Assembly: GCA_963770895.1 (NCBI GenBank)
Contig: CAVYRF010000002.1
Coordinates: 5,472,001-5,536,000 of the forward strand
Source of the DNA: an uncultured Acidobacteriota bacterium
GTDB lineage: Bacteria > Acidobacteriota > Thermoanaerobaculia > Multivoradales > UBA5704
Direction of reading: 5' to 3'
Length of the DNA stretch: 64,000 nt
The notes under the pieces were generated by a model. The model had not been told where the DNA came from, did no database searches, and was given only the letters and a program-made list of their open reading frames with translations. Positions 56,533-64,000 of this stretch are shown here, piece by piece. The position numbers were made by a program, and so were the translations under genes. How positions within the stretch are numbered: the first letter of the stretch is position 1; the number at the start of each line of letters is the position of its first letter.

Positions 56533-58547
56533 CGGGCGTCCCGCTGGGTGAGCGGCCGGGAGAATTCGCGGTCGGCGGCGGCGATCAGGCGCTCGCCGCG
56601 CAGGGCGCGCAGCGAGTCGGGATCGAACTTGGCGCCGTCGACGATTTCATAGACGGCCAGCTGTTCCAGCCCCTTGAGGCGGGCGACGCCCAGCCGGCGC
56701 AGGCCGCACGACAGACGCTCGGAGCCGTCGTCGACCGGGAAGACGACGTAGGTGCGGTCGCCGTCGGCGCCGCGGGCGAGGGAGCGCTGGCCGATCTCCT
56801 TGTCCAGGCGCTCGACGTAGGCGCCGGTGGCGACCAGGCCGTTGTTGTGCAGGGTACCGTTGCGGTTGATGTAGGCGTAGAAGCGCCGCGACTCTTCCTG
56901 CTTGTCCACCACGTCGAGGTTGGTGGCGGCCAGCGGCGCGAAAAAGCGGTGGACGGTCGGCTCGGGGTAGCCCTGGGCGATCAGCATGGTTTTCACTTCG
57001 TCGATCTCCTGGGTCGCCTTGCCGGTGACCAGCCGCGACAGCTCGACCATGCCGTGGCCGAAGAATTCGTAGCGTTCGCCTTCGTGGCTGCCGCCGCTGC
57101 CCATGGGGATCAGCCGGTAGGCGCCGAAGTTGAGGGCGATGCGCATGCCGCGGTCGAAGACAAAACCCTCGCGCAGCGCCTGCTCATAGTACCGCTGCAG
57201 GTGGATGGCGCACACCAGCAGGTTGACCGCTTCGCGGCTGGAGTAGAAGGCGCCGTCGCCCAGGTACTTTTCGAGCTTGACGCGGCGCGCGCCGGCCAGA
57301 CGGTTGACCCGCCGCTGGAAGCGGAACATGGCGCGAAACGCTTCGTCCTGGCTCTCCGCGCCGGAGCGCTGCAGGTAGCTGACGGTCTGCGAGAACTCGC
57401 TGATGTCGTAGATCAGGCCGAAGCGCTCGACCCGCGGATCGACCACCCAGGGCTCCATGAAGTCGAGCGGCCGGGTCACCGGCGACAGCACGATCGACGC
57501 CCGCATGCCGCCGCGGCTGCCCGGCACGTCGTGCGCCACCATGGCGCCGTCGGGCTGGCGCTCGACGCGCAGGATGGTGCGCCGCACCGCGTGCATGAGC
57601 TCGAATTCCTTCAGCTTGATCAGCAGGTTTTCCCACACCTGCACCAGGATGGGCGGCAGCAGGCGCACCAGGTTGTAAGCCGGTCGCGTCGCCAGGAACG
57701 AGACGTAGCCCGGCCGGTTGAGCAGGTCGCGCGGGTCGCCCTTGGGATCGGCGTGGTAGATGTTGGCGGCGACTGAGCGCAGCTCGTGATCGGTCGCGAG
57801 CTGCTCGACGTGCCAGCGCGCCAGCTCTTCGAGCCGCTGGCGGATCTCGCGGCCGTCGATCTTGAGGTAGCCGGCGAAGTAGCCGCCCAGTTCCGCCAGG
57901 TCGGGGCTGATGTGGTCCTCGGTGAAGATCAGCACGTTGTCCCGCATGCGCGTCAGCAGGCGGGGGAACAGCTCTTCTTCGACCTCTTCGGTGGCGCCGG
58001 CGACCTTTTGCACCAGGTCGTAGACGGTCGAAAAGGTGCGGTCCAGGAAGCGCTCGAGCACCCGGTACTTCATCGCGTCGCCCAGCCGGCGGCCGATTTC
58101 AAGGTCGGCGCGCAGGATGCGCTTGGGAGTGTCCTTGAGCAGGCGCGCCAGGTCGAACGAGTGGTGCAGCCAGAAGATCGCCGGGTAGAGCCGGCCATAG
58201 TTGGAGATCGTGGCGTTTTCGACGGCGCGCGTCAGCAGGGTGCGGTACCGCTCCCATGCAGTATTGTATAATTTTCGATCATAGGTGTCGCGCCGGTGGA
58301 TGGCCAGCTGGACCGCCTCCTCGCACAGGATGTACTGGCGCAGCGCCGCGGCGAGCGCCGCCATGCCTTGCGACAGCAGCACCGGGAAGCCGTGGAGCGG
58401 GGTGGCGCCTTCGTCTTCCAGGAAGACCGGCTGCGGCGCCGGCAGAGCGCGGTGCGGGTCGAGCGCCAGGCGGGTCAGCTCTTCGGGGTCACGCCGCAGG
58501 AAATTGAACGGTCCCGGTAGCAGGGGCAGGAGCGACGACGAGTTCAT
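56529..58547 (-). CDS. Large protein with C-terminal class III nucleotide-cyclase-like domain
   Basis: From MNSSSLL (track ORF is over-extended); IYDISEFS, EKYLGDG, MRIALNFG, FFGHGMVELSRL, LKGL..AVYEI. Confidence 0.7.
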   Translation of the reverse strand: MNSSSLLPLLPGPFNFLRRDPEELTRLALDPHRALPAPQPVFLEDEGATPLHGFPVLLSQGMAALAAALRQYILCEEAVQLAIHRRDTYDRKLYNTAWERYRTLLTRAVENATISNYGRLYPAIFWLHHSFDLARLLKDTPKRILRADLEIGRRLGDAMKYRVLERFLDRTFSTVYDLVQKVAGATEEVEEELFPRLLTRMRDNVLIFTEDHISPDLAELGGYFAGYLKIDGREIRQRLEELARWHVEQLATDHELRSVAANIYHADPKGDPRDLLNRPGYVSFLATRPAYNLVRLLPPILVQVWENLLIKLKEFELMHAVRRTILRVERQPDGAMVAHDVPGSRGGMRASIVLSPVTRPLDFMEPWVVDPRVERFGLIYDISEFSQTVSYLQRSGAESQDEAFRAMFRFQRRVNRLAGARRVKLEKYLGDGAFYSSREAVNLLVCAIHLQRYYEQALREGFVFDRGMRIALNFGAYRLIPMGSGGSHEGERYEFFGHGMVELSRLVTGKATQEIDEVKTMLIAQGYPEPTVHRFFAPLAATNLDVVDKQEESRRFYAYINRNGTLHNNGLVATGAYVERLDKEIGQRSLARGADGDRTYVVFPVDDGSERLSCGLRRLGVARLKGLEQLAVYEIVDGAKFDPDSLRALRGERLIAAADREFSRPLTQRDAR

Positions 58548-58667
58548 GCGCTGGGCCGCGGGTACTTGGAGGGTTGGCGATGAAGTGGCACGTATACCAT
58601 ATACCGTTCGCTTCTGGGCATACCTGCTAAACTCTGCCGCCGGTACGGCATTCGAGGAGATCGTGCG

Positions 58668-60158
58668 ATGAAGGAAATACCGTCGCTGGCGGTGGCAGCC
58701 GATGGGCGCACCAGGGCAGATTTGCTGGTGGCCGGCTGCTTTCAGGGCGCGCCGCCCGACGTGGAGCTGCTGCCCGAGGCGGCACGCCGCGCCGTGCTGG
58801 GGGTGGCCGCGCGCACCGGCTGGAGCGGACGCGACGAGCAGGTGGGGCAGACCGCCGGCGAGGGCGGCCAGGTGCTGGCGCTGTACGGCCTGGGGCCGGT
58901 CGCCGAGCTGACCTTCGCCAAGCTGGCGCGCTGGCTGGCGCGGGTGGCCGAGGACGCCCGCATGGCCGGGGTGCGCCGCCTGGCGGTGGCCCTGCCGCGG
59001 CACGCCGAAACCCTGGGCGAGCCGGCGGCGCTGCGCATCACGCGGGCGGTGGCGCTGTGCGGCTACCGCTTCGAGCGCTACCGGAGCGACCCCGACAACG
59101 GCCGCCTGGAATCGATCGAGCTGGTGCCGCCCGCCGGCGCCGAGGCGGCCTATCGCGCCGTCCTGGGCGTGGCCGCCAAGGTCGCCGCCGCGGTCGCCTA
59201 TGCGCGCGACCTGGCCAACGCCCCCGGCAACGAGGCGACGCCGGCATGGTTGGAGGAGCAGGCGCGCCAGCTGGCCGCCAGCCACGGCTTGAGCTGCACC
59301 GTGCTGGACGCCGCCGAGCTGACGCGCCGCCGCATGGGGGGGCTGCTGGCGGTCGGCGCCGGTTCGGCGCACCCGCCGCGCCTGCTGCGCCTGGCGCTGG
59401 GCGACGACGGGCCGGGCGAATTGCTGGCCCTGGTCGGCAAGGGCATCACCTTCGACACCGGCGGCATCTCGCTCAAGCCCGCCGCCGACATGGAGCAGAT
59501 GAAGTTCGACAAGTCCGGCGCCTGCGTGGTCCTGGGCGCCCTGCGCGCCGCGGCCGAGCTGGGTCTGCCGGGGCGCCTGCGCGCCTATCTGCCGGTGGCG
59601 GAAAACATGCTCAGCGGCGACGCCTACCGGCCGGGCGACATCGTGCGCTGCTACAACGGCAAGACCGTCGAGATCACCAACACCGACTGCGAGGGCCGCA
59701 TGATCCTGGCCGACGCCCTGGCCCTGGCGGCCGAAGAGGGGCCGCCCGACGCCATGGTCGAGCTGTCCACCCTGACCGGCGGCTGCGTCGTCGCGCTGGG
59801 CAGCCAGGCTGCCGGCCTGTTCGCTCCCGACGACGCCTTTGCCGCCGAGCTGCAGCAGGTCGCCGCCGGCAGCGGCGAGCGCCTTTGGCGGCTGCCGCTG
59901 CTGCCCGAGTTTCTCGAAGACATGAAGTCGCTGCACGCCGACCTGCGCAATTCGGCGGGCCGCTGGGGCTCCGCCTGCACCGCCGCCGCCTTTCTGTCGC
60001 AGTTCGTCGGCCGGGTGCGGCATTGGGCCCACCTGGACATCGCCGGCGTCGCCTACGCGCGTTCCGAGGACAGCCGCGGCACCGCCGCCACCGGCTTCGG
60101 CGTCGCCTCCCTGGTGGACTGGCTGCGCCATCGCGGCGGCCTGTCGCCCTCGGTCTGA
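58668..60158 (+). CDS. pepA: Leucyl aminopeptidase (M17)
   Basis: LVGKGITFDTGGISLK, MKFDKSG, NTDCEGR, TLTG, WAHLDIAG. Confidence 0.93.
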   Translation: MKEIPSLAVAADGRTRADLLVAGCFQGAPPDVELLPEAARRAVLGVAARTGWSGRDEQVGQTAGEGGQVLALYGLGPVAELTFAKLARWLARVAEDARMAGVRRLAVALPRHAETLGEPAALRITRAVALCGYRFERYRSDPDNGRLESIELVPPAGAEAAYRAVLGVAAKVAAAVAYARDLANAPGNEATPAWLEEQARQLAASHGLSCTVLDAAELTRRRMGGLLAVGAGSAHPPRLLRLALGDDGPGELLALVGKGITFDTGGISLKPAADMEQMKFDKSGACVVLGALRAAAELGLPGRLRAYLPVAENMLSGDAYRPGDIVRCYNGKTVEITNTDCEGRMILADALALAAEEGPPDAMVELSTLTGGCVVALGSQAAGLFAPDDAFAAELQQVAAGSGERLWRLPLLPEFLEDMKSLHADLRNSAGRWGSACTAAAFLSQFVGRVRHWAHLDIAGVAYARSEDSRGTAATGFGVASLVDWLRHRGGLSPSV

Positions 60159-60174
60159 GCGTGGGGGCACGTCG

Positions 60175-61302
60175 ATGAACGCGTCGTCGGAAGCGGCGGC
60201 AGCGGCCGAGCGGACGCCGGTGGCGGCATCACATGGGGCAGCGGCGCCAGCTGGGGCCGCGGTGCCGCTGCTGGCGATCGAGGACCTGCGGGTGTCGTTC
60301 CCCGGCGAGCGCGGCTGGGTGGAGGCGGTGCGCGGCGTATCGCTCACCGTCGGGCGCGGCGAATGCGTCGGCCTGGTGGGCGAATCGGGTTCGGGCAAGA
60401 GCTTGACGGCGCTGGCGGTGCTGCGCCTGGTGCCGCCGCCGGCCAGGGTCGCCGGGCGGGTGCTGCTCGACGGCGCGGACCTGCTCAGCCTGCCCCCCAA
60501 GGCGGTGCGCGCGGTGCGCGGCGCCCGCGTGGGGATGGTCTTTCAGGAGCCGATGACGGCGCTCAACCCCTACTACACGATCGGCTTCCAGATCGGCGAA
60601 GCGCTGGCGGCGCACCGGCCGCGCGCCGCGCGCTCGCGGCGGCAGCTGCGTGCCGAGGCGGCGCGGCTGCTCGACCGGATGGCGATCCCGGACGCCCGCC
60701 GGCGTCTCGACGCCTATCCCCACCAGCTGTCCGGCGGCCAGCGCCAGCGCGTGCTGATGGCCATGGCGCTGGCCGGCGGCCCCGACCTGCTGATCGCCGA
60801 CGAGCCGACGACGGCGCTCGACGTGACGCTGCAGGCGCAGATCCTGGGCCTGCTCGACGAGCTGCGCGCCGAGCTCGGTCTGGCGATCCTGCTCATCACC
60901 CACGATCTGGGGGTGGTGGCCGCGGTCTGCGACCGGGTGGCGGTCGCCTATGCGGGCCAGGTGGTGGAGGAAGCCGGCGCCGCCGATCTCTTCGGCGAGC
61001 CGCAGCATCCCTATACCCGCGGCCTGCTGGCGACCCTGCCGCGGCTGGGCGCGCCGCGGCGCCGCGGCCATCTGCCGGTGCTGCCCGGCCAGCCGACCGA
61101 GGCCGCGGCGCGCCCCGCGGGCTGCGCCTTCCACCCGCGCTGCGCCGAAGCGATGCCGATCTGCGCCACCGACGAGCCGCCGCCCTTCGGCCCCCGCCGC
61201 AACCGCTGCTGGCTGGCGGCGGGCGGCACCGACGCCGACAACGCCGGCGCCGGCGCCGCCGCACAGGGCGGCTGGGGCGGCGGCGCAGGGAGCCGGCAGT
61301 GA
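60175..61302 (+). CDS. Oligopeptide/dipeptide ABC ATPase (OppD/DppD-like)
   Basis: [42 protein letters not shown]. Confidence 0.92.
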   Translation: MNASSEAAAAAERTPVAASHGAAAPAGAAVPLLAIEDLRVSFPGERGWVEAVRGVSLTVGRGECVGLVGESGSGKSLTALAVLRLVPPPARVAGRVLLDGADLLSLPPKAVRAVRGARVGMVFQEPMTALNPYYTIGFQIGEALAAHRPRAARSRRQLRAEAARLLDRMAIPDARRRLDAYPHQLSGGQRQRVLMAMALAGGPDLLIADEPTTALDVTLQAQILGLLDELRAELGLAILLITHDLGVVAAVCDRVAVAYAGQVVEEAGAADLFGEPQHPYTRGLLATLPRLGAPRRRGHLPVLPGQPTEAAARPAGCAFHPRCAEAMPICATDEPPPFGPRRNRCWLAAGGTDADNAGAGAAAQGGWGGGAGSRQ

Positions 61303-62531
61303 GCGGTGACGCCATCGGCGGCCGTGGCGGCAGCCTTGCCAAGGGTGGCGGCGGGGCGGCGGTGCTGCTGTCGGCGGTCGGGCTGGCAAAACGCTACGTG
61401 CGCCGCTCGTGGCTGGCGGGCGCCGGCGGGGGAGGCCCCGTGGCGGCCGGCGCCGGCGGCGCCGGCTCCGCCGGCAGCGTGGCCGCCCTGGCCGGCGTCG
61501 ACCTGGAGGTGCGGCGCGGCGAATGCCTGGGCATCGTCGGCGAGTCGGGCAGCGGCAAGACCACCCTGGCGCTGTGCCTGCTGCGCCTGCTGGAGCCGAC
61601 GGCGGGGCGGGTGCTGTTCGACGGCGAGGACCTGACGGCGCTGTCGCCGCGCGAGCTGCGCCGGCGGCGGCGGCACTTCCAGATGATCTACCAGGACCCC
61701 TTCGATTCGCTCGACCCGCGCCAGAAGGTCGGCGCCGCCGTGGCCGAGCCGCTGCGCGTCCGCAGCGCCTTTGCGCCGCCCGGCGAGCGCCCGCCCCGCC
61801 GGCTGCGCGGCGCCGCGGCCCGCACCGCGGCGCACGCGCTGCTGGCCACGGTCGGCCTGCCGGCCCACCTGGCCGGCCGCCTGCCGCACGAGCTGTCGGG
61901 CGGCCAGCGCCAGCGGGTGGGGATCGCCCGCGCCCTGGCGATGGAACCGCAGCTGCTGATCGCCGACGAGCCGGTGTCGGCGCTGGACATCTCGGTGCGC
62001 AGCCAGATCCTCAACCTGCTTGCCGACCTGCAGCGGCGCATGGGGCTCACCCTGTTGCTCATCGCCCACGACCTGTCGGTCGTCGAACAGATGGCAGACC
62101 GCGTGGCGGTGTTCTACTGCGGCCGGATCGTCGAGCTGGGACCCTGCCAGGCGCTGTTCGCCCATCCCCTGCACCCCTATACCGCAAGCCTGATCGCGGC
62201 GGTGCCGGCGGCACTCCCGGCGGCAGCGGCGGCGCTTGCAGGGGAGGGGGCCGCCGCCCGGCGCGTCCGCCCGCCGATTTCCGGCGAGGCCCCCAGCGCC
62301 GAAGCGCCGCCCCCTGGCTGCCCCTTCCATCCACGCTGCCCCCTGGCGCAAGATCGCTGCCGCGTCGAGCTGCCGCCGCTGCTGGCGGCCGCCGCGCCGG
62401 AGCCGGACCTCGCGGCGCCGCGGGCCGGCGACTCCACCGCGGCGGCGCCGGCGCCGGGAGAGCGGCAGGTCGCCTGCTTTTTCCCCCTGGCGCCGGGGGT
62501 GGCCCCATTGCAGGCGCTTGCGGCACCGTAA
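61299..62531 (+). CDS. Oligopeptide/dipeptide ABC ATPase (OppF/DppF-like)
   Basis: GTGA overlap; [42 protein letters not shown]. Confidence 0.92.
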   Translation: MSGDAIGGRGGSLAKGGGGAAVLLSAVGLAKRYVRRSWLAGAGGGGPVAAGAGGAGSAGSVAALAGVDLEVRRGECLGIVGESGSGKTTLALCLLRLLEPTAGRVLFDGEDLTALSPRELRRRRRHFQMIYQDPFDSLDPRQKVGAAVAEPLRVRSAFAPPGERPPRRLRGAAARTAAHALLATVGLPAHLAGRLPHELSGGQRQRVGIARALAMEPQLLIADEPVSALDISVRSQILNLLADLQRRMGLTLLLIAHDLSVVEQMADRVAVFYCGRIVELGPCQALFAHPLHPYTASLIAAVPAALPAAAAALAGEGAAARRVRPPISGEAPSAEAPPPGCPFHPRCPLAQDRCRVELPPLLAAAAPEPDLAAPRAGDSTAAAPAPGERQVACFFPLAPGVAPLQALAAP

Positions 62532-62638
62532 ACTTTGATAGTTGTGAAACGTACATCGGCCAGGCAGGCTCGAAGTGCGGTCACGTGGCGAAATACAAGC
62601 GTAACGTCGATCGAAGCCAGATCTGAGGGGTTCTCCGA

Positions 62639-64000
62639 ATGACCAAGTCTTCCTCTTCGCAATCGCGTCCGGCACGGCCGGCAAGCGTCGCCTGCCTTGG
62701 TGCACTGCGCTCGTCGCGCTCGTTGCGCGCCGTCAACCGGGTCCTGGCCGTCATGGCGCTGCTCTCGGTCGTCGCCAACCCCCTGCCGGTGGCGGCCCAG
62801 TCCATGGGCACCGCCCAGCAGCCGCCGCCCCCCACGCCGACCCAGGCACCGACTCCGTCGGCGCCCTCTGCGGCCGTCCCCGCGGCGCCGGGTTCCGCCG
62901 GCGACGCCAACGGCCCCATGACCTCGTGGCCGAGCACCTTCGGGCAGCCGCCGGCCGCCGCGGGACCTCCCAAGCCCGCGGTCAAGCCGTCGCCGGCGGG
63001 ATCGCTGGGCAGTCTGCCGCCGACGCAAAAGGTCAAGGTGGACGTCTGGGACCTGGACCCGGAAGCCCAGGAGCTGCACCTGGACATCAAGGACAACGTG
63101 CTGTCGCTGACCCTGGAGCAGGCGGTCGATATCGGGTTGCAAAGGAACCTGTCGACCGTGCTGCAGCGCTACATCCGCAACGAGGCGCGCCTGTCGGTGC
63201 TGGCGGCCTACGGCATCTACGACCTCACCCTGACCGGGCTGGCCCAGGCTAACTACCAGAAGAGCCCTGACACCTCGCTGTCGAGCGCCGGCACCGCCCG
63301 CCAGGACAATTTGAACCTGGGGCTGTCCCAGCTGCTGCCGTCCGGCGGCACGGTCTCGCTGGCCTACAACAATCCGCGCACCGAGGAGATCATCCCGGGC
63401 ACCACCAGCTCGTTCTACGCCTTCAACGGCGTCTACTTCTGGGAGCCGTCCGCGACCTTCACCCTCAGCCAGCCGCTGCTCAACGGTTTCGGCCGCATCC
63501 CGACGGAAAAGACCATCCTCCAGGCGCGCAACGGCAGCGACAGCAACCGCTGCCTGTTCGAGTTCACGGCGATCACCAACTCCATCACGGTGATCGACGA
63601 TTACTGGGCGCTGGTCAACGCCCGCGAGCAGCTGGTGGTGGCGCAGGAAGCGCTGCAGCTGGCGCGCGACCTCAACGAGCGCAACCGCATCCAGGTGCAG
63701 GTGGGCACCCTGGCGCCGCTTGAAATGGCGCAGAGCGAAGCCGCCATCGCCACCGACGAAGAGAACATCATCACCGCCCAGGCGGCGGTCGGCGACGCCG
63801 CCGACGCGCTGCGCCAGGCGATGAACCTGCCGCCCGACCTGTGGCACCTGGACATCCTGCCGACCACCCCGCCCGAAACCGACACCATCCAGATCGACCT
63901 GGACAGCTCGATCAAGACGGCGCTGGAAAACCGGGTGGAGATCAAATACGAGGTCCTCAAGGTGGATTCGGCCAAGGTCACCGCCGCCGTGGCGCACAAC
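62639..64000 (+). CDS. TolC-family outer-membrane protein, truncated by the window end
   Basis: Open + frame: signal-like segment, Pro-rich linker, LSLTLEQAVDIGLQRN, LSQPLLNGFG, YWALVNARE, VQVGTLAPLE; start uncertain. Confidence 0.82.
   Translation, partial: MTKSSSSQSRPARPASVACLGALRSSRSLRAVNRVLAVMALLSVVANPLPVAAQSMGTAQQPPPPTPTQAPTPSAPSAAVPAAPGSAGDANGPMTSWPSTFGQPPAAAGPPKPAVKPSPAGSLGSLPPTQKVKVDVWDLDPEAQELHLDIKDNVLSLTLEQAVDIGLQRNLSTVLQRYIRNEARLSVLAAYGIYDLTLTGLAQANYQKSPDTSLSSAGTARQDNLNLGLSQLLPSGGTVSLAYNNPRTEEIIPGTTSSFYAFNGVYFWEPSATFTLSQPLLNGFGRIPTEKTILQARNGSDSNRCLFEFTAITNSITVIDDYWALVNAREQLVVAQEALQLARDLNERNRIQVQVGTLAPLEMAQSEAAIATDEENIITAQAAVGDAADALRQAMNLPPDLWHLDILPTTPPETDTIQIDLDSSIKTALENRVEIKYEVLKVDSAKVTAAVAHN

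Noticed and set aside
58548-60500. N-terminal half of the 1323-aa track ORF
   Set aside because: Antisense to pepA and oppD; the credible protein starts near 58547
62177-63999. Minus-strand 606-aa and 132-aa ORFs
   Set aside because: Shadows of the plus-strand TolC-family gene, which the track missed because it lacks a stop in the window

Overview
GC-rich diderm bacterial chromosome segment; gene content and style would fit a soil Acidobacteriota (Thermoanaerobaculia-like) genome, but this is inference. Left part (1.1-17 kb): a co-oriented group 1h (high-affinity, atmospheric-H2-type) [NiFe]-hydrogenase cluster with hhySL, accessory genes, endopeptidase, Ni transporter and hypCDEF. It lacks hypA/hypB and contains two paralogous micro-proteins absent from the ORF track. 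Middle: miscellaneous genes, an mdtABC RND operon with many 1-nt frameshifts (probably read errors), dnaB, a C-rich tandem repeat and an mlaEFD-type MCE operon. An accessory island of about 16 kb (34.2-50.4 kb) is the most interesting part. It carries a translationally coupled pair: a degenerate-sirtuin-TIR protein and a membrane-anchored nSTAND1 NTPase with 16 near-identical, site-hypervariable WD40 repeats, split 8+8 by an IS4 element with a 9-bp target duplication. The island also holds an SGNH hydrolase, a nucleotidyltransferase plus small partner, an orphan Cys-rich double-glycine RiPP-like precursor, a SIR2-TPR protein, and an IS701-bounded composite unit with low-GC cargo. Right part: murF-alr fusion, cytochrome c, S10 peptidase, purC coupled to an atypical class III nucleotide cyclase-domain gene, pepA, oppDF-like ATPases and a truncated TolC-family gene. 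No rRNA, tRNA or CRISPR array was recognised.
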